The notes: generated from the letters alone by a model not told the origin. 64,000 bases of DNA from Zygnema circumcarinatum SAG 698-1b (GCA_037447605.1 CM074817.1:2108001-2172000); one strand, 5' to 3'. Shown: positions 18,501 through 31,905, counted from the first letter of the stretch. Translations and numbers: made by a program.

Positions 18501-21500
18501 CGACAAAGGCTGCTTCCTGAAAGACAACCAACCAAGCATTTTAAAACTTGAAGCTCAATTTGAATAAAAATTGCAACATCCAAATGAACGCGCCAATCAG
18601 TTCATCGTCAGAACCCACTCTCTAAGTTAGCCCCTCAGTTCCGAATTGTTTTAAACGTTGGAAACATGTAACGTTACCCTGCGGACCTTGGGAGATGACG
18701 AAGGTAGTCCCCTAAGGGTTTCAAGCAGACGATCTAAGCAGGCCCCCAATTCTTCTGAGCTTTGCCCTGATATTTCCATCAGATACTCCTGCGATTCTGC
18801 ACCACTTGAAAGGGGAAGGGTCGATACGAGCCCGCTTTGCTAGAAGGAATGCAGACAGACAATAGCACAACATACGTGTTTAACATGCTTCTTTGTGGGA
18901 TACGATGGATCAGTAGTATATGAACTACGCACAAGCAATAATGTCGTAAGGTGAGTCGTTGTAAAGACTAGATTCATGTACTGCTTTATGTGAGTCTTCC
19001 ATGATATGCAAATACCTGGACGGATGAGGTTGCATGCAAGAGCAACTTGCACTGCAGTTGTTCGCTTGTCACCGGTCATCATCCAAAACTTTATTCCTGC
19101 CCGGCGGAGAATGTCAATTGTTTCAGGCACCCCTTCCTGCACACATTTATGTCCCCTCAAGGAAAAGGGGGGGGGGGGGAGAGAGAGGGAGAGGGAGGGG
19201 AGTTAGAGAGAGGCGGGGAGGGAGGTGGGGAAAAGGGAGTGTGAACGAGTGAGGTACACTGAGGTCTCCTTCTGGGCAAAAAAACTCTTCCACAACCTTC
19301 TCAGTAAACTTGGCCATTCCCTGTAACAGTAGTGGAACAGCAGAATTGCAGCTTCTTTAGAGTCGTCATGAGTGTCAAACCAGACGAGATTAGACATTCC
19401 TTTGTCATGGAATGTGCAGATTTTCAATAGTTATTGGATCAGGAAAAATCGCAAGACCTGTAATTTGTCTTCAATAGCGCTGATGCCCAGAAGCTCAAGG
19501 TCCTTCTCAACCAGTCGAGCCACGTCAGCCATTTTAAGCTGCAGAAAAACCAGTTTCACAACAACAACCACAAAAATTTGAATTTTGCAAAAAACGAGAA
19601 GTTATCACACTAATGGAACTGCAACCAAAGTCTTGTACTGTACCACTTCAGAAATCAGTACCTCGCGGTCAATAACGGAGGATGTTGCCTCCTTGAGTTT
19701 GGCAGCCCAGAATCGGTACTCCTCACTGCTCACCCTCCTCCATGCAAGACACAAAGTACGCAGTCCCTTCGCGGCAAAACTCTCCACCGTTGAAGCTGCA
19801 CGCTGCAACTCTGCTCCTGCAAGAGGAGGAAAAAAGGAAATCGAAAAGGAAAAGAAGCAAGTATCACTCTCAACGCTTTAGCGGTTACGAGCAACTTAGG
19901 CTTAAGAGTTTTTTAGAGCTTGTACTTTTCACGGCTTTAGGGGTTGGTTTCTTGGACTTTCAGGCCTTCAACCTTACCGAATCAAAGATCACTCACATCA
20001 TCTGGACATTGACATTGCTTGCTTGCAAGGTACATTCATGTCTGTGTGGGTCTTACTTTCGCTTCTTGAGAGAAGAGGAAAAAGGACCTCATCTGCTCCC
20101 TTTGTGAGGAGGAGGCAATCTCCATGAGGCATCCTCCTCACAATGACTGACATCCTCTTCCTGTCAGAGGTGAACTCGAGCACATCCAACAGCTCGTACT
20201 CCTCTCTATGGCCCAGAACTCGCAGCACTGCAATTACAGTTTCAGTTTCAGTTTCAGGTACAGATAGAACGCTGTTCGTTCTGTATTTCTTTGATTCTGT
20301 TGTTCTTCGACATTGCATTTCGACGGTACATGCCACTGAGCCAAGAAATGTTTGTCTCTAAAACACCAGGGAATCTCAGCTGAAAAGTTAGGGATGGTAT
20401 CCAGGTAATCGAGTTGAAGAATGAGTAATTACCACACACAGGCCCCTCTCTGGCGATAAAACAGACCCCTGCTTTTGCTGCAGCTTTCACCAGAGCCTCC
20501 TCATCTTGGGACTGTGCTTTATAGCTCAAAGTTCCACTTGAGCTGCATGCATCAATGGCAGTCATCCCTGCTGAACATGAGACTACTTTTAAAAATGCTC
20601 CTTGTAAGCTTCAGGTAAATTTTCATACATAGATTAGAGTCAAAAGAGGTGTACCTGTATCGAGGAATGACAGTATTGCAAAGTGCCATATTGAGAAGGA
20701 AACCTTTCACGCCTGAACGACCCACTTCTGCTGCCTCCCTCAGTAACATATCTGTCCCACATACAAACCTCTTAACCATGAACACAAATCGACGTATACT
20801 TCCCTACTCTGATGCAGAATTCAAACAGTTTGACGATTTTTCAGAGACTTTTTTACCTGAAAAGGTATCTTGAGGTTCCATGCTGTAGAAAAACCCTTGA
20901 ATAAAGCACATTCGAAACGCCATTTGGTTCTCTGTCAGTGTTCCCGTCTTGTCTGTGAGGATATAGTCAATGATGCCAAGGTCTTCTGGGATGGCAGTGC
21001 TGCCCAACACATCCTTAGCCACGAAACTGTCACTGATTACTCGTGCATTACGGGAGAATATGTCAGTATCTCCCATTCTTTCGATGTGTTTGAATTGGGG
21101 AAAATCCCAGATGTACTCACTTCATGGAGCATGCAGGTATGTCGGAGTCTTTGTCATACATCTGGAGGTCCCAATCGATAAGCTTTGAAAAGAATCCCTT
21201 CACCATATCCATTGAAACCTGTTGGGAATGAAATCCAGTAACTAATTTGCGATGTTTCAAGACAATAACAATGCTGAGCTGCATTTCTATTATATCATTG
21301 ACTTAAAGGGATGCATGATTAAGTTAATTGGGGTTCAAATAATCACGCGTTCGTTCCCTAGTGCTCCGTTCAAAACTGAGTTCAGCAAGAAACCCGAGAG
21401 AGAAAGTGGGGGAGGAGGGATAGGGGCGGGAGAGACAGAGAGGGAGGAAGAGGGAGGAGAGAGAGAGAGAGGAGAGAGAGAGAGCGTGAGAGGGGAAAGT

Positions 21501-24010
21501 GAATCTGTACTCACCTTCAGCGATATGGGGATCATGACAGAGCAAAGTAGCTCAAAGGCCAAGGGAATCTTGAGACCTTCATACCACGAAGGTCCATCCA
21601 GATACTTCAAGTACCATCTCTGCACGAGTTCGTAAAAGCAAGACATGCGGAGAATGATGTTCCAAGGTGAACATACTCAAGCTCGATCCAAGCAGCTTCA
21701 AGCTTATCAACCTAAGTTATAGAGGTGCCCAATCTGAGAGAGAACGATAGCTTCCTTCCCTCTCAATTTTGAGCCATAAATTTGCGGCGAAAGAAAGCCA
21801 CCTACCTTAGATGCTTCACTGAATCGCAGCGCGTTTCCTGACACTCCCAAGCTCAGCACCACTACGAGCTGGAAAACGAACAGTGCTCCCGATAACGCAT
21901 CGATAACTCCATCTATAGCAGCAACTTTGTTGGAAGGAGTGCCTTTACTTAATCCCACTTTCGTCTCATTCCCTGACTCCGTCAGAAAGAAAAAGGAAGC
22001 AAAAAATGGGAAAGACTACTCGTTTATGTTCACATTTATTAAGTGGAAAAAACAGAGGTAACTTCATGCTTTTCTGCAACTTTGACCTTCACATCTACTT
22101 CGAAACGAAGTGTGCCAATGCCACTGGGATTGAATTTCAGCAGACGTACCGGTGTATATTGCTACTCCACAGGCCCATTCTGTGTTGCGTAGCACACATG
22201 ATCGCCATAATGTGTTTGCCATGGAAAGGCTGCACGTTTCCGGTTCGTTAAATGGAAGTATCAACTCCATAACTGCATCGAAACGCCTTACATCCTTGCT
22301 AGGTATGGGGCACTCTACTGTTCCCTGCAAAAGACTAACTCGAAGTCACAAAGTTGCACTCTCCACTACATAATGAAGATTCTGTTTGTGTCCCCAAAAG
22401 AGTAACTACTGCTACACAGTAATTACCAATCTCTCTACTCAACAAATAGTAAAGCGCAGTCGCTCAGTGCGTAACAAGCAGCCTCGAAAGGAGAAGGGTT
22501 TCAGAAATGACGACATTTCGCTACATGATCTGACCTTAACTCTAGAGAGGATGTCAGCTGACAACCCGACGCATGGCGGAGAAGAATATCGCGTCTTTAA
22601 ATCTGTCTCACCGTCGAAAGAAGATGTCTGCCCTGCACCAGAGGTTAAACATAGCCAAAACTACAGATTTGCCAACAGCTTATGCGGAATGCAAGAGATA
22701 GCCTTGCACCATTGATCGTTTTATGCAGCACGTTTCTGACTGTTCCGCTACATTTTGCAAACAAGAATCAGTGTTGAGAGTGTTCCTTCCATACCTCAAC
22801 CAAAGCCAACCCCAGCTGGTCTGAAGATCCAAGAAACACCATATCACAAGGTGCAGCCTCATTCTCGTGCAACCATACGATGTCACCCACCCGTATATCC
22901 TCCGACCGTATCTGCACCTCGATTGACAGCAAATTGTTGAAGAGGAATCTCTTACACTACAGCTTGAGACTTAGAGAACGTTCTGGAAAGCGTCGAAAGT
23001 CCTGCAGAGTACCTGAAATTTTGATCCATTCCGGGTCACCCAAGTGAGCCTCTCATTCGCTACCTTGTCTTGGACGTAACGGTAGTGATCATCCCACGCC
23101 TCCTTTGCAGCTGTGACTGAGAAAATAAAGAGAAGAGGGCACCATACGCTGGCTGGGTTCACAGGGGCAATGGATGGCCAAAGTTGGAGTACGGCAATAA
23201 AAAGAAAATACTGGTTAAGAAACCTCCTGTTATCCCGCCCTCAGAAAGAAAACGCAGCAACAACAGCCATTCAGAAAGACTTGCATTTTTGTTGTTATTC
23301 GATTTTATCACAAAGGCTGTAGATTGGAATGCTTCATTAGGTTCAAGTCTAATCTTTACTTGGCAATTTTCCAAGCCGGCAAATTTGAATATTCCGAGAT
23401 CTAAAGTCGCAAATGATGCTGTGTAGAAGCCAGCTGTGAGTAAAATGTCATAATGAAATGCAACAGATGAGTGCAACTTTTTGTCAGCCTCACTGCTTCC
23501 AATTTAAAACTCTGTCGTTAAATGTGTTCGGCTGTTTTCAAAGATAACCGGTCGATAGAGCATCAAGAAATGCCGCCATGACTTCCGGCCTACTGTCACC
23601 CTCATGTCACTGACAACTATTTGCTATGTCTTTGCTTAGGTGACTGTGACCTACCACAAAGTATCGTGTGATTTTCTCAGCTGCCACAACTTTAGAGTAA
23701 GCTTAACTCCGCACTCTACGCCTGTCGGTAGGACACTTCATCTACAGCAATACATTCAAGGCCACTGCAACCCTGACAACATCTCATCAGCTCTGAAGCT
23801 ATACGCTTCCGAAAATGCGCCTAGAGCCTCCGGACGGTAAACTCACCCAAACTGCTCCATGAAGTTCTTGGGGAAGAAGTTCAAGTACGTGTATTTAGTG
23901 TTGGATATCTTATTTCTGCAGTACTGTGGTGTGGCGCCGCTATCGTTGATATACAAAACCCGAGTTCTTGCCACAATAGAGCTAGAGCAGGGAAAGTTTC
24001 CACCTTCCAT
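15600..24010 (-). CDS. ALA2: P4-type phospholipid flippase ATPase, ALA2-like, >20 exons; exact 3' end uncertain
   Basis: [99 protein letters not shown] and HGRYAY. Details such as [26 protein letters not shown] and GMYTIMFRL follow the ALA2 subclass. Confidence 0.93.
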
Positions 24011-25620
24011 TGCTAGAGACTGCTGCCTCCGCAATATTCTTTGCCAGTTTGAACCGTCGTCCTTCTTTGTAGAGCGACCAGAAAGGCGCACAAAAACCTT
24101 CCACATAGACAGAAATATAATTCTTTCGCATGCAAGAAGGTCCGCTTTGCAGATTAGGGTTATTGCTTGTACTCTGACGGCCACCTTCGTTGTGGAACTG
24201 TTACTGCGTTACCGGTGCATCGAACTGCTTGGCAATCATCTGCGTTTCCCGAACCTGAAACTCGACTGCATTTTTTCGTACATGTGATAAAACGCGACAT
24301 GCAAGGGTACAGCGAACGGCTCCACGATTTGGAGCCTCCCTACAAATCCTGCAGGCTAGAACGCGCCGTCGTGAAGGCATGGCCTCGCAGCACGCCAAAG
24401 GCGCAGCATTCCGCACCGTGTTCCGTGCAGCCGGGCGCAGGGAAGGCTCTCTCCAGGGCTTCATCCATGGCGGACGCGAGGGCCAGCTGGCGTCCTGCAT
24501 CCTAGGGAGGGGAGGTCAAACCAGCCACGTGGTCTTGATGCCACGTGGCGAAATGCAACTGGAATACATAAATGAAACATTGCTGCTACGTGGCGAGTTT
24601 CGATTCGCGGAGGTTAAAAAGGACGTCCTTGCAGGCTCCAGACTCGCTGACGTGGCGGGCCGTCGGGTGGAATATACTCCTAGCGGTCGGCACGTGCAAA
24701 CGTGTTCTGCGATTGGCGGAGGCGCAACAGCCGGCGGTTTCTGGGGCGGTACGGTACTGTCTGCCGTACGAAGGATATCTCGATACCTTCCCTGCGGGAG
24801 ATTCCGACCAGATTCTCCACATCTGATGGATGAAAACGTACGGAATTTTGGAAAACGACAGGCCGCTACCTTGAAGGGAGTCCGTGTACGAAATCCCCTA
24901 AATTCATCTACAGTACAGTGTAGTATAGATTCGTGGCCGTTCCTTGGGGAAAAAAAATTGAAGGAAAAATATGGATTATCAGACATAACAGAATTGTCAA
25001 ACAAAGTGACGATCACAGTTCTGTGAAAGTTACAGTTACTTTTGCATAAGCGACCGCTGTTACAGTTACAGTTATGGTTACAGTTACGGCTACATTATTG
25101 ACGGTGTAGCAGCTTGGCGAGGCTGCTTCGAGGGAGGGCTTGAAGCGTTATTGTTGGGCCTAGGCGTAGCTTTCAGCTCCAAGCCTTTTGCTTTTGTGCT
25201 TAGGTCTTTTGCGACGAGCTCTTCATGGTCCTACAAGAGCATCATCGCCATCGTGAGGTCAATGCCACACCCCACTCCTCCTTCAGCGTGTGATGGCCCT
25301 TCGTGAGGTCCATTGAAGTTAGAGTGGGGGGTAGAGTGGGAAGGTAGGTGGCAAGTGTTATTGTAGGGTAGTTAGATTTGTGATACGCTAAATTACTTGG
25401 TATTTAACTTATTGGGGTTTGCTTTTAGCTGAATAGAATAGTCATATAAGTATTGTGTCACAAAATATTGGTATGGTAGAATTATAGTGTTCAAGCTTGT
25501 AATGGGGTGCTTCAGTTCATTGTGAGTTGTTGAAGCTGGTGTTTGCAGTCCTTGGATGAGCATGTCCAAAGTATATCTAAGTTGTACGGCTCTCATTAAT
25601 ACAAAAGAAGCTTTCCTAAA

Positions 25621-26631
25621 GGAAAATTCTTTTCTCACACCTTTTTTGTCTACACACAGGCCTCTTTTCGACGGGCAGATTTTAAAATAGCACAAAAAAA
25701 GAACACACCTTTCACACCTTCTCACCTTTTTTTTTTTCACCATTTTTTTCCCACCTTTTTGAAATCGATACACACCTTTCTCCATCGGGCAGATTTTACC
25801 CCTTCTTGTTTTTTTCAAAGAAAAAAATATCGGCCTGCCCGAATCCACTCGGAGCAGAAGATCCGTCCGCCACGAGATCGTTCGCGGGTGGCCGTCCTTC
25901 ACACGTGCAGAAACTATACACCGTCGATTCTAGAGCAGATCACACCACGGCAGATCACCTTTCGATGGGCTCGGTTCCAGCGAATGGCACACGCCCACGT
26001 GTCCCACCCGAGCAGGCTCGAGGTCCGTACACATATCGTACGGTCGCAGCTTCGAGGAAAGTCTAAATTCCTTACATTGCGAGCTTGAACCAATCACCAT
26101 CTGCCGCGTGCTCTTTTTAAACGTGGCAAACTGTGATTGGTACAGGCACTCAACTTTAATTATTACGTTTTTTGACTTTCCTCGAAGCTGCGGGCGTACG
26201 CCTTTTGTACGGTCCTTGGAGCCGGATTGGGTGGGACACGTGGGACAGAGCTCGGCTGCTGATCGAACGGTGATCTGCCATGGTGCGATCTGCGTGAATA
26301 TCGACGGCGGAAAATTATTGCACGTGTGAAGGACGGCCACCCGCGAACGATCTCGTGGCGGACGGATCTTCCGCTCCGAGCGGATTCGGGCAGGCAGATA
26401 TTTTTTTCTCTGAAAATAAATGATAAGGAGTAAAATCTGCCCGACAGAAAAAGGTCTCACGGCGCTCGGCCGCTCAGGACTAGTAGCGTGTGTCGATTCC
26501 AAAAACATGTGAAAAAAAAGGTGAAAAAAAAAAAGGTGTGAAAGGTGTTTTCCTTTTTTGTCTATTTTAAAATCTGCCCAGCGAAAAGAGGTCTGTGTGT
26601 AGACAAAAAAGGTGTGAGAATAGAATTTTCC
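25621..26631. mobile_element. 1011-bp non-autonomous foldback/MULE-like element (family A); almost entirely palindromic
   Basis: Termini GGAAAATTCT...AGAATTTTCC; 8-bp TSD TTCCTAAA at 25613-25620 and 26632-26639; arms complementary to near the centre (~26115); no ORF. Confidence 0.9.
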
Positions 26632-26642
26632 TTCCTAAATTA

Positions 26643-26920
26643 GGGGGAGTCAGACCTTGACCAAGCGCCAAACCAATTCCGCGAGCCCGTCGGGCCAATT
26701 CCGCGTTGTACGGCAGGCCTTTTTCGCCAAAAGTGGACGTTCGACAGGCTCGGGCGCCGAGCCTGTTTCTCATTTTTGTAACCAATTTCGAAGTACGGAC
26801 GGGACAGACAGGTTCGGGGGGAGCCGCGGTTTCCGATCCGAATTCTGCAATCGAAATCAATACCTTTCCGCCGGCGGAATCTTTCAATTCCGCGGGCGAT
26901 GGTCAAGGTCTGACTCCCCC
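26643..26920. mobile_element. 278-bp MITE with perfect 21-bp TIRs and TA flanks
   Basis: GGGGGAGTCAGACCTTGACCA ... TGGTCAAGGTCTGACTCCCCC; TA on both sides (26641-42, 26921-22). Confidence 0.85.
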
Positions 26921-26976
26921 TATTTCTTTCTTCTACATTTCATTCGTGTGATTCTTTCATCTTTTGCTTTGGAGTT

Positions 26977-27056
26977 GCCATGCCATCATGCCATGCCATG
27001 CCATGCCATGCCATGCCATGCCATGCCATGCCACCATGCCATCATGCCATGCCATG
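26977..27056. repeat. (GCCAT)n microsatellite upstream of the SET-gene start codon
   Basis: Direct reading. Confidence 0.9.
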
Positions 27057-27126
27057 TCCAAAATATCTCGGCCCGCTCGTTGCCGCGAGGCCTCGAGCAG
27101 GAGCAGAGCATAGTGAGAAGGAGGCC

Positions 27127-30100
27127 ATGGCGGCCGCTAGCTGTCCCCCCGCGACGCTCGCGCCGGGGGGGCTCCACCATGAGCGTGGCGCCTCCCCCTC
27201 CCTTCTATCCTCCCTGCGCTCCTCGCCTCTCCCGCACCTCCTTTCTGAGAAGCTCCCTCTGCAGCAAAGAGGCCACCGCCAGTCGCCATGGACATGTGCT
27301 TCCCGCCCCGGAGCTTCTGGGGAGAGCGCGCGGGAATCCATAGCTACTATTCCGGGTAAGAAGGGGGGCCAGAAGGAGAAGCTCGAGAGCAATGGCAGGC
27401 AGCCACGTGGCAGCAAGGGGGTGAAGGAGGGCCGGCAGGGGAAGGCAGGAAAGACATGGGCGAAGTCATGGGTGCCATGGTGGGGATGGGATGGTACGGT
27501 CGAGGAAGACACGAGCAGCTTGGAGGGGTGGCTCAGAGCAGAGGGCCTTCCTCCTCAGAAAGTGACTTTGAACCCTGTCATGGAGGGAGAGAGGGGTTTA
27601 CTCGCCAAGCAAGACATTGGAAAAGGGGAAATGCTACTGTATGTGCCGGAGAAGCTGCTTATCACTGCTGAAACGGTGAGCAGATAGTTGTGAGGGGCTG
27701 CTAATTGAGTAGAGCTGTTTTTGTAGTGATGGTCTACACTTTCTCTTTTCCACGAATTTTGAAAGGTAAGCTAAGGTCTATAGTCCGTTCCGCCTAAATA
27801 TGCGATCCCATATTCAAGCCTAACCTTAATTTCTGCTTCGCAGGTATACAGATGTCCCAGAGTGGGTGCCTTCCTGAAGAAGACGAATGTCCCGGACTGG
27901 CCGGCCCTTGCTGTGTACATTCTGAGTGAGGCTGCACTGGGCAATCAGTCAGAATGGAGTCCTTACATAGAGGCTCTTCCGCAGAATCCAGGCTGCATTC
28001 TCATGTGGTAAGCTGCATGCGTTCAAGCAGCAATGTCTGAAAGTTTGAATGTCGCTTTCTGTTGTGGGTTTGTAGGACTTGAAAGCATCCTGGCACCAGA
28101 AACACACAGAATTTTCCCGGCTTAATTCAGTTCTATCGCAAACATGTCCGTAGCTGTGTGCTAAGGTCGTAATACTTCAGGTCCTATTTCTTCATTTCTT
28201 GTTTTTTGAGAGAAATCAGGTCATTGGAGGAAGTCGACACTCTCTTGGAGGGTTCACCGTTGCGACAAAAGGCCATTGAAGTTATTGCGGAGGTCACTGA
28301 AACGTAGGGCTGCTTTCCTCCCTTCCCTCTGTGTTTCTCGTTTTCTCTCTCTCGTACTCCCTTTCCCACCCCGTCCCTCCCCCCTTGCCATCTCGTTACG
28401 GCGTTTTCTCTCCCCATCTCTCCCCATCTCTCCCCTGCTTCTATGCTGGATATATGAATTGGAGGGCTTGATTTTCCTGCCTCCATTCTGAGGTGCTGTA
28501 GATAGACTTCAGTCACTTTAAAGGCACCATTTCAGACTTGACATGGCCAATTTGTGTTGCCGGTGCTTTTTTCTCTGTGCAGCTTTAGAGATTTGGACAC
28601 GGTTCTGTTTTCAAAGCATCCAGACGTCTTCCCTCCACAGGTATCAAAATTTCTACCGATGTAATCCCCTTTGAAGCCACTGTTCATACATTTCTGCTAA
28701 TTCGGAAGCAGGGGATCGGCAAGTAAAAAAATCGCCCACTGCATGTTCCGATAACCCCACTCACACCCTCTCCTACTTTTCTCCTCTCCAACGGAAATCA
28801 TTGAATTGACCTCTTCAGGTGTTCACATTGGGAGCATTCAAGTGGGCATTCAGCATTCTCTTCTCTCGTATGGTGAGGGAAAGAAACCCTGTTCACATTC
28901 GTTGCTCCTCTTCAATAATGTGGCTAAAAGTATTTGACGAAGTTTCGCTTCGAAAACTGGTCCGCGTTAATATTGCCTGAAAACTGAAACTGAACTGTCT
29001 TGTTGCATGGAACAGGTCCGCCTACAGTCTCTAGGGGGGACTTTGGCCCTCGTTCCATGGGCTGACATGATAAATCATAAATCTGACGTGAGTTCCAAAA
29101 CCCATGCACTATGAACAGCTGTTTTGCCCAACTTGCCCTCTGAAAACTCAACTACACCTTCACATGGAAACTTAGGAGACGAAACATGGGGTTTAGATTG
29201 CCAGAATTGAACGGTTGTGGCTATTCTTTCTATCTCATGCTTATTCAAAGTGAGAAAAAGCAGCTAATGCTGGGCAGCTGAGTGCAGGTTGGAGCTTATC
29301 TTGACTTTGATCCAAGCAGCCGAACAGTGGTTTTGAAGACCGACCGAACATATGGCAAAGGGCAGCAGGTGGACCACTTCTCTCTTTCTCCTCACTTTCT
29401 TCTCTCTCGTCTCCCTCCTCTCCCACCCCAGAACCTTCTTTTGTACAGTTAGATTTAGTGTTGGTGTGGAGGTATCTTTCTGAACCTCTCGTTCTACTCC
29501 AGTGATGCAATTTTTTTTCTAATTTATTTCGATTATGTTTCGCCACAAATCGTGGTGCCGACAGGTGTACGTTTCCTATGGGCCCCGACCCAATGGCGAA
29601 TTGCTGCTGGCCTATGGCATGGTGCCATCTGGCAGAAATCCACACAACTCGGTGGAAATTTCCCTTGGTCTGAACTCTGCAGACCCTCTCCTGGAAACAA
29701 AGCAGCGAGCTCTTGCGACATCTGGGGTCACATCGTATCCTGAAAATCAGAAAGACAAAAAATCTGCCCTTTTTCAGTGAAAGTCTATGTTGTTGCGAAT
29801 CGTATGCTCATAACACACTCAAATATTTTATCTCTTAATGGTTGAAAGAACAAGTCCTGGAAAGGTACGGGCATAGAGATTCACTCGCTGCATGCAGCCA
29901 TTCCTTAACCCCAATATCGACGCAGACCTTCCAGCTTCCCTCTTAAAATGGAGGGACTTCCGGCGCAGCTTGAAGCATATGCTCGTCTCGTTGCAGCCGG
30001 ACCCACCTCCTCCTCAGAGAGCCTTCAGGAGGTGAGCATCGAAATGCAAAATTCTCAAAAACTCTTTCATTCCAAGTTCTTGCAATTACAATGTACCATT

Positions 30101-31310
30101 AGTACTGCGTAAGTGGAGGCAACAACGCGCTTCATAGTGGAACTGTACCGTTAGTTTCCTTGAAAACTCGTTCCGTTGCCGGTCCATCGGCCCTGCATTT
30201 AGTGAATCCTAAAATACTATATATCGAGTCATGTTGTGTGTCAGATACGAGACAAACATTTCAAGTTGCTTTATTGTTTACGCCATAAGACAGTCCAAGT
30301 ATATTGCATATGGAAAGAGATGGAGGGGTCAATAGTGATGCTTCGTGCGGCGCTCGGGGTTTAACTGTATTGTCAAACTGGTCACACAATGTCACCCCCC
30401 TCTTTAATCTCGAAATCATCAGCCGTATTTTGATTTTGAGATTTTGAGATTTTGAGATCCAAACGGTGGGCTGTGGTGGCTAGCACGTGGCAGCTGGCGA
30501 AGGCTGCTGCAGCTAATTCTAGCAGTGAGCCCTTTGGAGGGTGGGATCTGAGAAGAGGGAGAGAGTCCCCTGAGGAGGGGGCAGCAGCAAGGGAGGTCAT
30601 CTTGGCTGCCTGCCAGGTGGCCCTCAAAGGTTACCCCACAACTTTGGAGGTGAGAAAATTTGTCTATGAGTTCATTTTCAGCAGTGGACTTAGAAATCTC
30701 TCTTCCCCTCCCCATCCCCCTCCCTGGTCGGCTAATGTGTTCCGAGTTTCTTTGCTGAGTTTCTCTTCCATCCATTCCTGCAGCTGGTTACCAACCTTAA
30801 GTTGAGTTTAGTTTAGTTTTAGTAGTTTGAGTTGTGGATTACAATTGGGGAGTCTTTGCTTGCAATGAATGTGCGGCTATGAGCAGTCTTCGAACACTGC
30901 TTGCCACCAATTGAAATCGAACGCTGTTGGTCGTTCTGATGGCAGGAAGACGAGGAGATCGCATCCCAACAGCGGACTACAATGGTTTCAACTGACATGG
31001 AAACAGACTTGAAAGAAATTGAGCAAGCTGCTGCTGCGCTTCGCGTGAGTGAACGGAAAATTTTGTACCGAGCGGACACGGTAAGGAAACCCTGTACCTT
31101 GTCTTGTTCAGTTTTTTTTTTCTTCCTTTTTTCTCTGTTCATCACTTTCTTTTTCTGGTATTTTTTCTGCAGATTCTCCGGTCCGAGCTGCGTGACCTGA
31201 AGAGATTGGAGGCGGCGAAGGCCGGACGGCCGACAGTGCCGCTCGGAAACAACGAACAGGGGAAAGGCCCTCTAGATGCTTTTCTGAGGAAGATTGTGAA
31301 CCCTTGGTGA
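27127..31310 (+). CDS. Plastid-targeted SET-domain / Rubisco-LSMT-family methyltransferase (most like Arabidopsis At3g07670/SAFE1)
   Basis: Transit-peptide-like N-terminus, then WLRAEGLPPQKV...GERGL, VPDWPALAVY, FSKHPDVFP, FKWAFSILFSR, LVPWADMINH, VYVSYG.RPNGELLLAYG and SERKILYRA..ILR..LRD. These match At3g07670 as recalled; exons in frame. Confidence 0.88.
29735..29925 (+). other. U12-type (minor spliceosome) GT-AG intron in the SET gene
   Basis: 5' site GTATCCTG; branch site TTCCTTAAC at 29901-29909; AG at 29924-29925; splicing keeps the frame (TS|PSSFPLKMEG). Confidence 0.8.
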
Positions 31311-31905
31311 TTTTTAGGGCTTTTTAAAGGGGGGGGGGAGGTGGGGGAGTATCGATAGGCATGGGAGGCGCGACACTTGTATTTCTTGATCTTTTTCTAT
31401 CACGTGTTCATTATTTTTGAATGTTTCTACGCACTGAAACTGTTGGAGACGAGCGAGACTGCTCTCGTGCGTTACAGGTCTCCACGAAGGTTTGCATGAG
31501 CCAACGGACAAAAATAAGAAAAAAATAAGGGCAAAGTTTGAAGAGACATGAAAGAAAGACAGAAGAGAACAAACTTCAGGACGGAAGAAGCAACAAATTT
31601 GATTTGCTGACATAGTAGTCATTTGGCAGGACCAAAAAAATGTTGACTACCCACATTTGGACTAAACGTAATTTTCGGCAAAAAGTACTTCCTACCTGTA
31701 CACGGCAGCGGGAAGGTAGAAGCCGACCAGGAGCTCCTGCAGGAGCTCTAAAAAATTGACCTAATGCAGTTCGTAGGGCTGCCGAAAGGATAACTCCGTG
31801 AGGAAGTAAAACTTGCGGAACTTGACTAAATTGCTTTTCTAACCTTCCCATTTCAGGAAGCGACTAAAGACTAAACTGTACTAAACTATAAATGTTGGGA
31901 GCATT

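Noticed and set aside
24770-24778. ATATCCTT (AT-AC U12 donor consensus) on the minus strand
   Set aside because: Lies upstream of the ALA2-like gene with no supporting exon or branch site.
25393-26951. ORFs within the foldback element and MITE (also 37558-40720)
   Set aside because: No transposase motifs; similar peptides recur only because the DNA is repeated and palindromic.
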